NCBI GenBank assembly: GCA_036496285.1
Contig: DASXLI010000018.1
Coordinates: 650-64,649, forward strand
Length of the DNA stretch: 64,000 nt
Source: Candidatus Binatia bacterium
GTDB lineage: Bacteria > Desulfobacterota > Binatia > UTPRO1
Reading direction: 5' to 3'
Shown here: positions 49,741-58,329 of the stretch, piece after piece
Layout of the letters: every line of letters starts with the position of its first letter
Numbering within the stretch: position 1 is the stretch's first letter
The notes under the pieces: model-generated
What the model saw: the letters and a program-made list of their open reading frames with translations, nothing else
Databases searched by the model: none
What the model was told of the DNA's origin: nothing
Translations under genes and position numbers: made by a program

Positions 49741-49914
49741 GTGGTCTTCTACGTTGCCAAGCTGCTCGAGCTGATTGGGTTCGCGCACGTGGGGTATGCG
49801 CTGTTCGTGGGGCTCACGCAGGACAACGCCATGGGTCCCGAGTTGAAGCTACTGATGCTGGGGGCGCTGCTGTTCACCCTCGGACGACTTCTCGAACGCA
49901 AGGCGGCGACGTGA
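49741..49914 (+). CDS. Unlisted 57-aa two-TM mini-protein between the subunit IV and octaheme cytochrome genes.
   Basis: GTG start directly after an in-frame TGA. Encodes VVFYVAKLLELIGFAHVGYALFVGLTQDNAMGPELKLLMLGALLFTLGRLLERKAAT with GC3-rich codons. The overlapping track ORF 49728..49937 in another frame is Arg-rich junk. Confidence 0.35.
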   Translation: MVFYVAKLLELIGFAHVGYALFVGLTQDNAMGPELKLLMLGALLFTLGRLLERKAAT

Positions 49915-49923
49915 AGGGTCGAC

Positions 49924-52650
49924 ATGGCACGGCTTAAGACGGACATCGACGAGGAGAAGAAGTCCCGCAGCGTGCTGTTCCTGCTGTCGGCCATCGCCTT
50001 GCTCGTCACGGGCATCTGGGCGGTCTGGAACGACAACATCTCGCGCCGTCCCTGGAAGCTCTTCCAGCACGAGTTCCGCGACATCGAGTATCAGCGGGCG
50101 GAGGACGCGCTCTCCGATGCCGACAAGAAGCTCGAGGCCGACCCACAGTACCAGGATCTGCAGAAGCAGCTCGCCGCCGCCAAGCAGAGCCTGACCACCG
50201 GTGACGTCGCCAAGCAGATCGCCGACCGTCAGGCGCAGCTCGCCGGGCTGGAGAAGCGCTTCGGTGAGGCGGATCTCAACGTGCGGTTCGTGAAGAGCGA
50301 GCTCGAAGAGGCCTGGTACGAGCTCGACCACGCGCGCGAAAACGGCCAGCCGGAGGAGCCCAAGCGCGAGCGCATCAACGCGCTCGAGGCCACCCGCGTC
50401 GAGCGCAAGAAGCTCTTCGACGACCTCACCGCCCAGCGCGAGAAGCTCGAGAACGAGATCAAGGAGCTGCAGACGGGCGTGAAGACGATCGAGGACAAGA
50501 TCGCCGACGTGTCCGCGGAGAAGATCAAGGCCGAGCAGAAGGTCGACGGCATGATCGTGCTGCACGTCGGGCCGGTCAAGATGCTGCAGGTGCCGCGCAT
50601 CGAGCAGACCGTCATCGAGGAGTTCGACCGCAACGCCTATAATCAGCCGGTGGCGCGCGTCGATCGCTGCGTGTCGTGCCACGTCGGCATCGACAAGCCG
50701 GGCTTCGAGGATCAGCCGAACCCGTTCAAGACGCATCCCGACCGCGAGCACCTGCTCGCCAACCACCCGGTCGACAAGTTCGGCTGCACGCCGTGCCACG
50801 ACGGCCAGGGCGCCAGCGTGAACAGCGTCGTGCAAGCGCACGGCGACGTGCCGTTCTGGGAGCATCCGCTGCTGCGCGGCCCGAAGGTGCAGGCGCGCTG
50901 CGCCAAATGCCACATGGACGTGGCCGACATCGACCACACGGACCACATCGCCGCGGGGCAGAAGCTGTTCGAGAACCTCGGCTGCACCGGCTGCCACCTG
51001 GTCGAGGGTCTCGAGGAGCTGCCGAAGGTGGGACCGTATCTGCGGCGCATCGGTGCCAAGGTCGATCCGTCGTGGCTCGAGCGCTGGGTGACCAACCCGC
51101 ACGAGTTCCGGCCGAGCACGAAGATGCCGAACTTCCTCCTCAGCCCGGAGCAGGGCACCGCGGTCGCCGCGTACGTCCTGAAGGCCTCGGCCAAGGAGTC
51201 GGAGGATTGGTTGGCGCAGTACCCAGAGCCGACCGGTGTCGATTCCTCGAACGAGACGCTGGTGACACGCGGCCGCGAGCTCACCGAGACGATCGGCTGC
51301 AAGGGCTGCCACGCGTTCAAAGAGGACCAGCACGGCCCGCGGCTCGGGAACGGCGAGGACGAGACCGATCCGACGGTTCCGGCAGGCCAGGGGTCGCAGA
51401 CGCGCACCAGCAAGGACATCGCGCCGAACCTCGCCAACGTTGCCGAGAAGACGGGCGGCCGCTGGATCTACCATTGGCTGAAGAACCCGCGGCACTTCTC
51501 GCCGGTATCGCGCATGCCGAGCCTGCGCCTCACCGACGACGAGGCGGCGGCGCTCACCTCGTACCTGCTCACACTCGGCAAGAAGAAGCCGGAGGCGCCG
51601 GAGCGTCTCGCGGCGCTCTCCAAGCCGGAGACCATCGCCGACGGCGAGAAGCTGGTGCGCAAGTACGGCTGCGCCGGGTGCCACGACATCCCAGGCATGG
51701 AGAACGAGTCGCGCATCGGCGTCGAGCTCTCAGCCTTCGGCTCGAAGACCGTCGAGGAGCTCTTCTTCGGGGAGCGCTACGACATTGCGCGCACGTGGGA
51801 TGACTGGACGCTCAACAAGATCAAGACGCCGCGTATCTATGCCACCGAGCGCATCGAGCAGGTCATGCCGCAGTTCGATTTGCCCGCGGACGACATCAAG
51901 GAGCTGCGCGTCTACCTGACCAGCCGCAACGAGCACGTCGTCCCGGTCAAGTATCGCTACAAGCCGACCGATCCGGCGCAGACGGAGATCGTCGACGGCG
52001 AGCGCCTCGTCACCAAGTACAATTGCACGGGCTGCCACCAGATCGAAGGCAAGGGCGGCTTCATCCGCACCTTCTATCAGGACAACCTGCAGCTCGCGCC
52101 GCCGGTGCTGCATGGCGAGGGCGCCAAGGTGCAGTCCGATTGGCTCTTCAGCTTCCTGAAGAGCCCGGTACCCATCCGTCCGTGGCTCAAGCTGCGCATG
52201 CCGACCTTCAACCTCTCCGACGAGGACGCGGGCGCGATCGTCGCGTACTTCTCGGCACGCGCGCGCAAGGACATCCCCTTCGTCTACGTCGACAACGGCG
52301 CGATCCCTGCCGAGAACATCGCCGCGGGGAAGCAGCTGATGTCGCCCGACTACTTCAACTGCTTCTCGTGCCACGTGCAGGGCGACAAGAATCCCGAGGG
52401 TCCGCCCGAGGGTTGGGCACCCAACCTCGCGATGGCGAAGCATCGCCTCAATCCCGAGTGGATCATCCAGTGGCTGCACGACCCGCAGAAGGTGCAGCCC
52501 GGCACCAAGATGCCGAGCTTCTATCCCGGCGGTCCGGACGACATCTTCGGCGGCGACGAGGAGCACCAGATCCGCGCGATTCGCGACTACCTGATGGTGC
52601 TCGGTCTGCCCGAGGGGAGCGGCAGCCGTACCCAGATGGCGCAGCAGTAG
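49924..52650 (+). CDS. Membrane-anchored octaheme c-type cytochrome (8 CxxCH motifs) with an N-terminal coiled-coil region.
   Basis: Heme-binding motifs CVSCH, CTPCH, CAKCH, CTGCH, CKGCH, CAGCH, CTGCH and CFSCH. N-terminal transmembrane helix followed by a heptad-like charged region. Confidence 0.85.
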   Translation: MARLKTDIDEEKKSRSVLFLLSAIALLVTGIWAVWNDNISRRPWKLFQHEFRDIEYQRAEDALSDADKKLEADPQYQDLQKQLAAAKQSLTTGDVAKQIADRQAQLAGLEKRFGEADLNVRFVKSELEEAWYELDHARENGQPEEPKRERINALEATRVERKKLFDDLTAQREKLENEIKELQTGVKTIEDKIADVSAEKIKAEQKVDGMIVLHVGPVKMLQVPRIEQTVIEEFDRNAYNQPVARVDRCVSCHVGIDKPGFEDQPNPFKTHPDREHLLANHPVDKFGCTPCHDGQGASVNSVVQAHGDVPFWEHPLLRGPKVQARCAKCHMDVADIDHTDHIAAGQKLFENLGCTGCHLVEGLEELPKVGPYLRRIGAKVDPSWLERWVTNPHEFRPSTKMPNFLLSPEQGTAVAAYVLKASAKESEDWLAQYPEPTGVDSSNETLVTRGRELTETIGCKGCHAFKEDQHGPRLGNGEDETDPTVPAGQGSQTRTSKDIAPNLANVAEKTGGRWIYHWLKNPRHFSPVSRMPSLRLTDDEAAALTSYLLTLGKKKPEAPERLAALSKPETIADGEKLVRKYGCAGCHDIPGMENESRIGVELSAFGSKTVEELFFGERYDIARTWDDWTLNKIKTPRIYATERIEQVMPQFDLPADDIKELRVYLTSRNEHVVPVKYRYKPTDPAQTEIVDGERLVTKYNCTGCHQIEGKGGFIRTFYQDNLQLAPPVLHGEGAKVQSDWLFSFLKSPVPIRPWLKLRMPTFNLSDEDAGAIVAYFSARARKDIPFVYVDNGAIPAENIAAGKQLMSPDYFNCFSCHVQGDKNPEGPPEGWAPNLAMAKHRLNPEWIIQWLHDPQKVQPGTKMPSFYPGGPDDIFGGDEEHQIRAIRDYLMVLGLPEGSGSRTQMAQQ

Positions 52651-52691
52651 ATCCCCCAAACATCATCATCCAAACACGGAGGAAGACGACC

Positions 52692-53414
52692 ATGCAGAAA
52701 TTGATGCTGGGTGCGGTGGCAACGCTCGCGGCCACGATGCTGGCGGCGGGTGTCTCGGCGTACGAGGGCGGTGCGGTGGCGGACGGCGGTTCGATCAGCG
52801 GCACCGTGAAGTATCAGGGTGACCCGCCGGCGCCGGCCAAGATCGCCGTCACCAAGGACAACGATGTCTGCGGCAAGGAGAAGACCTCCCCCGACCTCAT
52901 CGTCGGCGCGGACAAGGGCATCGCGAACGTGGTGGTGCGCATCAGCAACATCACCAAGGGCAAGGCTCTCACCGTGCCGACCACCAACCCGGTTTTCGAT
53001 CAGAAGGGCTGCGAGTACGCCCCGCACGTCCTGGCGTTCCCGGCTGGCTCGACCGTCAGCATCCAGAACAGCGACGGCATCCTCCACAACGTCCACACCA
53101 CCTCGACCGCCAACCCGTCGTTCAACCAGGCGCAGCCGAAGTTCAAGAAGGTGATCGAGGCCAAGATCGAGAAGCCCGAGATGCCGATCAAGGTCCAGTG
53201 CGATGCGCACGGCTGGATGCACGCGTGGTGGATCTCGGAGGATAACCCGTACTACGCCGTCACCGACGACAAGGGCGCCTTCAAGATCGCCGACGTGCCG
53301 CCGGGCGACTACGAGCTCGAGTTCTGGCAGGAGACCCTCGGCAAGCAGACGCAGAAGGTCAGCGTGAAGGCGAAGGAAGACAGCAAAGTCGACGTCACGA
53401 TGACCAAGAAGTAG
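52692..53414 (+). CDS. Secreted cupredoxin (type-1 blue copper, amicyanin-like ligand spacing).
   Basis: Signal peptide. Upstream His (ILHNVH) and C-x2-H-x2-M (CDAHGWM). GGAGGA Shine-Dalgarno upstream. Confidence 0.65.
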   Translation: MQKLMLGAVATLAATMLAAGVSAYEGGAVADGGSISGTVKYQGDPPAPAKIAVTKDNDVCGKEKTSPDLIVGADKGIANVVVRISNITKGKALTVPTTNPVFDQKGCEYAPHVLAFPAGSTVSIQNSDGILHNVHTTSTANPSFNQAQPKFKKVIEAKIEKPEMPIKVQCDAHGWMHAWWISEDNPYYAVTDDKGAFKIADVPPGDYELEFWQETLGKQTQKVSVKAKEDSKVDVTMTKK

Positions 53415-53454
53415 CAGCAGAGAAGCCGCTTCCGCGCAGCGCGCGGAGCAGCAT

Positions 53455-53498
53455 CGAGGGGCGCCGACGGCTCGTGCCGGGGCGCCCCTCGTCGTTTT
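53455..53498 (+). terminator. Intrinsic terminator after the cytochrome/cupredoxin operon.
   Basis: Hairpin CGAGGGGCGCC-loop-GGCGCCCCTCG followed by TCGTTTT. Confidence 0.5.
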
Positions 53499-53504
53499 GG
53501 CGGC

Positions 53505-55157
53505 TCAGTCGGCGTCGGGCGGATGCTCGACCGTGAGGTCGAGCCAGCCGGGGGCGGTGCCGGTCGCGCGGCAGATCGCGAAGAAGGTCTCGACGACGCT
53601 GCCCTCGCGGCCGGGCCGACGCACGGGGATGCGGCGCTCGAGGGCGCTGGCGAGCACGTGGGTAGCGCCGTCGGCCGTTTCGAGGCGGAGGCGCACCCCG
53701 GTCGGCGGCAGATGATCGATCTCGATGGCGCCGCGGATCGCGACCGGCCCGTTGCCGTTCCACGCCGTGCCGGCGACGGGGAGCAGGGTGACTCCGCCGG
53801 CTCCAGGGTCCGTCGCGCCGGGCGTGTCATCGGACGACGCGTGCGACCAGAGATCGAGGTGGCCGAGCGTCGTGTCCGGCAGCACGAGGTGCGCGGCGGG
53901 GAAGGGCGCCGGCCACGGCAGGCCCTCGGCCGCGTGCGCCCGGCCGCGGACACGATGGCGCGTGTGTCCGAGACGCACCGTGCCCGCGACCGTGCCGAAG
54001 CGGGCCGCACCGCTCGGAATCTCGTCGACGCCGTCTGGGATGAAGCGCAGCGCGATGCGCGCGTCGACGAGGCTGCCGGCCGCGAGGCCGCGCTCGAGGT
54101 CGGAGAACGGCGTGAGCATGGGGAAGGCGAGCATCGCGCCGGCGAAGCGCACGTCGAACGCGTGCCGGCCGCGTGCGACGATGCGGAGCGGCGGTACGCA
54201 CAGTGCCGGCGACGGCCGCTCGGAGAGCTCGCCGGTGAACAGGCTCAGGCGGTCGGGCCCGTCGCTCACCAGCACGCGCCCGGCGGCGGCGCCGGCCGCG
54301 GTCACGTCGATGCTGGTGAGGAGGGCGAGCGGCCCGCTTGCGACCTGCAATCCGACGCGCGTGATCGGCCGGCCGCCGCAGGCGAGCGGCACGGTGCGCG
54401 CGTGCGGGGGCGACGCGATCGACCGTCCGCTGGACGCGGGCGAGAAGACCTCGATCAGCCGGCGCAGGAACGCGCAGCGGCGACGGCCGGGCCAGCGAAG
54501 CGGAATGCCGAGCTCGAGCTGCGTCGCCTCGACCGTCGCGGCGAGGCCGGCGAGACGGCGGATCAGCGGGTCGGGATCGTCCGCGCGTGTCGGGGTGAGG
54601 AGCTGCATGACGTTGCTCGGGTGCGCCGCCGGGTAGCGGGCGCCGATCGTGACCGTCGTGCCGTCCTCCGCGGCGAGGCGCTGCAGTTCGCGGAGCGGGC
54701 CGTCGAGGAAGGCGGGTGAGACCGTCGCCGCGCCGCGGGCGGCGCGGCGGCAGCCGCGGCCGTGCTCTTCGATCAGGCCGACGCCGAGATCGCAGACCGG
54801 CTGCCCCACGTTCCAGCCGTGGATCGCGAGCAGCACGGCACGGCCGTGCCGGCGCGCTGCCGTCTCGAGCGTCGCCGCGAGGAGCTCGAGCAGCCACGGG
54901 GCGCGGCGCTGGAGCTGCTCCGCGCGGTTCAGGTCGAGCTCGTTCCGGTCGCGCGTTGGGTTGACGATCCAGGTGGCGTCGCAGGCGGCGCCGAGCTCGC
55001 GCGTGAGCTCCGCCGTGTGGAGGTCGTTGACGTTGTCGCGCCCGGGCCGGCGCGGTGCGTTCCGGCTCCCGCCGTGCGGCGCGAACAGCACGAGCGCTGA
55101 GGCGCCGTGGCGTACCTCGATCCAGTCGGGCGGCGCCGTCGCCTGCGCAAGGCTCAT
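53505..55157 (-). CDS. Large hypothetical protein with an N-terminal region resembling N-formylglutamate-amidohydrolase-type hydrolases.
   Basis: Long minus-strand ORF with balanced composition and an FAPHGGS motif. The plus-strand ORFs across the region are Arg/Gly-rich artefacts. Confidence 0.4.
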   Translation of the reverse strand: MSLAQATAPPDWIEVRHGASALVLFAPHGGSRNAPRRPGRDNVNDLHTAELTRELGAACDATWIVNPTRDRNELDLNRAEQLQRRAPWLLELLAATLETAARRHGRAVLLAIHGWNVGQPVCDLGVGLIEEHGRGCRRAARGAATVSPAFLDGPLRELQRLAAEDGTTVTIGARYPAAHPSNVMQLLTPTRADDPDPLIRRLAGLAATVEATQLELGIPLRWPGRRRCAFLRRLIEVFSPASSGRSIASPPHARTVPLACGGRPITRVGLQVASGPLALLTSIDVTAAGAAAGRVLVSDGPDRLSLFTGELSERPSPALCVPPLRIVARGRHAFDVRFAGAMLAFPMLTPFSDLERGLAAGSLVDARIALRFIPDGVDEIPSGAARFGTVAGTVRLGHTRHRVRGRAHAAEGLPWPAPFPAAHLVLPDTTLGHLDLWSHASSDDTPGATDPGAGGVTLLPVAGTAWNGNGPVAIRGAIEIDHLPPTGVRLRLETADGATHVLASALERRIPVRRPGREGSVVETFFAICRATGTAPGWLDLTVEHPPDAD

Positions 55158-55324
55158 GGCGTTCTTGTAACCGTCCCGCAACGGGCCCGCCACGGGAATG
55201 TCACACGAGCGTAACAAAACTGTGGCGCGATGCTCGGCGCGAGCGTATCTTCTTCCCGCCGGCCGGCGTACAGTGCCGGTGTGGCGCAGGAAACGGGTCG
55301 CCAGGAGGTGGCGGGGAGGGTCGC

Positions 55325-56863
55325 ATGAAGGTCGCGGCGATCGACATCGGTAGCAACTCCATCCACATGGTCGTGGCCCGGATCGACGCCGACGGGCACT
55401 TCACCCTCCTCGACCGTGCGAAGGAAATGGTCCGTCTCGGCAAGGGCACGCTCGCGGCGCGCGCGCTTTCGCGCGAGTCCATGCAGGCGGGGATGCAGGC
55501 GCTGGCCACGTTCAAGCGCCTCGCGGACACCCAGCAGATCGACAAGACCCTCGCGGTGGCGACCAGTGCGGTGCGCGAGGCCAAGAACGGCGGCGACTTC
55601 CTCGCCCAGGTGGGACGCGAGCTCGGCATCCACGTCGACCTGATCACGGGCCGCGAGGAGGCGCGCCTGATCCACCTGGCGGTCAGCAACGCCCTCGATC
55701 TGCGCGACGCCTCGACCGTGCTCGTCGACATCGGCGGGGGCAGCGTCGAGCTTGTGCTCTCCGAGAAGGGTGTCGTGAAGGCGCAGGAGAGCCTGAAGCT
55801 CGGCGTGCTCCGGCTCGCGGAGCGCTTCATCGAGCACGATCCCCCGGCACGCGACGAGATCGACGCGCTCGAGGAGTACCTCGATCGCCAGCTCGCGGGG
55901 TTCTTCAAGAAGGCCCGCGGCGTCGAGGCGACCCGGCTGGTCGGGACCTCGGGGACGCTGCTGAACCTCGCCGCGGTCGCCCTGCAGATGGAGGGCGGCG
56001 CGGCACCCGAGCGCCTGCACGGCATCACGCTCCGTGCCAAGGACATCCAGCGCGCCCGGAAGCTCCTCGTTCGCAGCGACCGCGACGAGCGCCAGCGCCT
56101 CCCCGGTCTCGACCGGCGCCGCGTCGATACGATCGTGCCGGGCGCCGTCCTGATCGATTTGCTGATGCGCCGGCTGGAGATCGGAGAGCTCACCACCTGC
56201 GAGTGGGCGCTGCGCGAGGGCGTGCTGCTGGACTTCATCCGCGGGCATCGCCGGGAGATCGAGGAGAACGAGACGATTCCCGATCCGCGCCGGCGGAGCG
56301 TCGTGCATCTCGGGCGGCGCCTGAACTTCGAGGAGGGGCACGGCCAGCAAGTGGCGCGCCTCGCGCTCTCGCTCTTCGACCAGACGGCCGAGCGCCACGG
56401 GCTCGGCTCGCGCGAGCGCGAGTGGCTGGAGTTCGCGGCCCTCCTGCATGACGTCGGCAACCACATCGCGCACGCTCGCCACCAGAAGCACTCGTACTAC
56501 CTCATCCTGCACGGCGAGCTCCTCGGCTTCGATCCGAAGGAGATCCTCCTGATCGCCGCGCTCGCGCGCTACCACCGCAAGGCGGGCCCGAAGGACGACG
56601 ACGAGGAGCTCCAGGCCCTGCCGAACGGCATGCGCGCGGCCGTCGCGCCGCTCGCGGCGCTCCTGCGCGTCGCCGACGCGCTCGACCGCAGCCACTTCAG
56701 CGTCGTGCGCGAGGTGGCGGTCGGTGGCCGCGGCAAGGATATGATCATCACGGTCCGCACGGCGGGCGGCGATGCCGAGCTCGAGCTGTGGGCGGCGCAC
56801 CGCAAGGGCGACCTCCTGGAGCAGGTCTTCGGGGTGCGGCTCGCGCTGCAGGTGGAGGAGTGA
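55325..56863 (+). CDS. ppx: Exopolyphosphatase / guanosine pentaphosphate phosphohydrolase (Ppx/GppA) with a C-terminal HD domain.
   Basis: AAIDIGSNSIHMVVA actin-like ATPase fold, plus a C-terminal HD motif (LLHDVGNHIAHARH). Confidence 0.85.
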   Translation: MKVAAIDIGSNSIHMVVARIDADGHFTLLDRAKEMVRLGKGTLAARALSRESMQAGMQALATFKRLADTQQIDKTLAVATSAVREAKNGGDFLAQVGRELGIHVDLITGREEARLIHLAVSNALDLRDASTVLVDIGGGSVELVLSEKGVVKAQESLKLGVLRLAERFIEHDPPARDEIDALEEYLDRQLAGFFKKARGVEATRLVGTSGTLLNLAAVALQMEGGAAPERLHGITLRAKDIQRARKLLVRSDRDERQRLPGLDRRRVDTIVPGAVLIDLLMRRLEIGELTTCEWALREGVLLDFIRGHRREIEENETIPDPRRRSVVHLGRRLNFEEGHGQQVARLALSLFDQTAERHGLGSREREWLEFAALLHDVGNHIAHARHQKHSYYLILHGELLGFDPKEILLIAALARYHRKAGPKDDDEELQALPNGMRAAVAPLAALLRVADALDRSHFSVVREVAVGGRGKDMIITVRTAGGDAELELWAAHRKGDLLEQVFGVRLALQVEE

Positions 56864-56864
56864 C

Positions 56865-57560
56865 GTGATCAACGGTCCTCTGACGCCGCACCCGTACCCC
56901 GGCAAGCTGGTGATCGTCGAGGGCATCGACGGGTCGGGCAAGTCCACGCAGATCTCCCTGCTGCACCGCTGGCTCCTCGCGCTCGGCCACAAGGTGTTCT
57001 TCACCGAGTGGAACTCGTCGGCGCTCGTCCGCCGCGCGCTCCGCCGTGGCAAGAAGAAGGACCTGCTCACCCCGACGACCTTCAGCATCCTGCACGCGGT
57101 CGATTTCGCCGACCGGCTCACCTACAAGATCATCCCGCCGCTCAAAGCCGGCATGACCGTGCTCGCGGACCGCTACGTCTACACGGCCTTCGGCCGCGAC
57201 GTCGCCCGCGGCGTCGACGCCGAGTGGGTGCGCGCCGTGTACAGCTTCGCGCCGAAGCCCGACCTGGCGCTCTACTTCCGCGTCCCGATCGAGGTGTCCT
57301 TGCAGCGCATCCTGATCGGCCGGACCAAGCTCAAATATCACGAGGCCGGCATGGATCTCGGGCTCAGCCGCGACCCGGCCGAGAGCTTCAGGCTCTTCCA
57401 GAGCCAGGTGCTCGGCATCTACGACGAGCTGGTGCGCGAGTTCGGCCTCGAGGTCGTCGATGCGACGGCGGACATCAACCAGCAGCAACAGCACGTGCGT
57501 CGGCTGGTCGCCGATTGCCTCGGGCTCGGCAAGAGGGAGCTGGATGCACGACGCGGATAA
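56865..57560 (+). CDS. Thymidylate-kinase-family protein, copy 1 (intact P-loop).
   Basis: Walker A (EGIDGSGKSTQ), DRY motif (LADRYVYT) and a lid-like region. GTG start 2 nt after the ppx stop. Confidence 0.7.
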   Translation: MINGPLTPHPYPGKLVIVEGIDGSGKSTQISLLHRWLLALGHKVFFTEWNSSALVRRALRRGKKKDLLTPTTFSILHAVDFADRLTYKIIPPLKAGMTVLADRYVYTAFGRDVARGVDAEWVRAVYSFAPKPDLALYFRVPIEVSLQRILIGRTKLKYHEAGMDLGLSRDPAESFRLFQSQVLGIYDELVREFGLEVVDATADINQQQQHVRRLVADCLGLGKRELDARRG

Positions 57561-58329
57561 GCTCTTCTACGGCAACGGGCTGCCGTACCTGAAGGTCGGG
57601 CCGCTGAAGGGCAGCCTGATCGTGATCGAGGGCACCGACGCGGTCGGACGCTCGACGCAGATCGAGGCGCTCACCCGTTGGCTCGAGGTGCAGGGCTACG
57701 GCGTCGTCAACACCGGCTGGACGCGCTCGCCGCTCCTCTCCGAGACGATCAACGAGGCGAAGGCGGGACACGAGCTGAACGTCACGACGTTCAGCCTCCT
57801 CTACGCGGCGGATTTTGCCGACCGGCTCGAGAATCAGATTGTGCCGGCGCTCCGTGCCGGCTTCATCGTGCTCGCCGACCGCTACATGTACACGGCCTTC
57901 GCGCGGAACGCCGTCATGGGCGCCGACGCGCAGTGGACGCGCCGCCTCTTCGGCTTCGCCGTCGTGCCCGACCTCGTGCTCTATCTCAAGATCGACGTCC
58001 GGCGGCTGATCCCGCGCGTGCTCGAGTCGAAGGGCATGGACTACTGGGAGTCCGGCATGCACCTGAAGCTCGGCGGCGATATCTTCGACTCGTTCCGCCG
58101 CTATCAGACGCGCCTCATCCGCGAGTACGACGCGATCGCGGACGAGTTCGGCTTCGCGATCGTCGACGCCGGCCGCCCGATCGACGTCATCCAGCAGGAC
58201 CTGCGGAGCCACATCGGGCGCTATCTCGCCGGCGAGCGCCCCGCCGGGCCGCGCCGGGCGAACCCGGCGCAGCGGCGCGCGGCGCGCGGCGCGGCGGCCA
58301 TGCGCACGATGCGGGCGAGAACACGGTGA
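57544..58329 (+). CDS. Thymidylate-kinase-family protein, copy 2 (Walker A Lys replaced by Arg).
   Basis: P-loop EGTDAVGRSTQ and LADRYMYT motif. Overlaps copy 1 by 17 nt. Confidence 0.6.
   Translation: MHDADKLFYGNGLPYLKVGPLKGSLIVIEGTDAVGRSTQIEALTRWLEVQGYGVVNTGWTRSPLLSETINEAKAGHELNVTTFSLLYAADFADRLENQIVPALRAGFIVLADRYMYTAFARNAVMGADAQWTRRLFGFAVVPDLVLYLKIDVRRLIPRVLESKGMDYWESGMHLKLGGDIFDSFRRYQTRLIREYDAIADEFGFAIVDAGRPIDVIQQDLRSHIGRYLAGERPAGPRRANPAQRRAARGAAAMRTMRARTR

Noticed and set aside
49728-49937. Track ORF of 69 aa between the subunit IV and octaheme cytochrome genes.
   Set aside because: Arg/Gly-rich translation. The overlapping frame starting at 49741 encodes a clean two-TM peptide and is preferred.
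55154-57121. Minus-strand ORFs (655 aa and 421 aa) antisense to ppx and the Tmk-like genes.
   Set aside because: Antisense to well-supported genes; no motifs.
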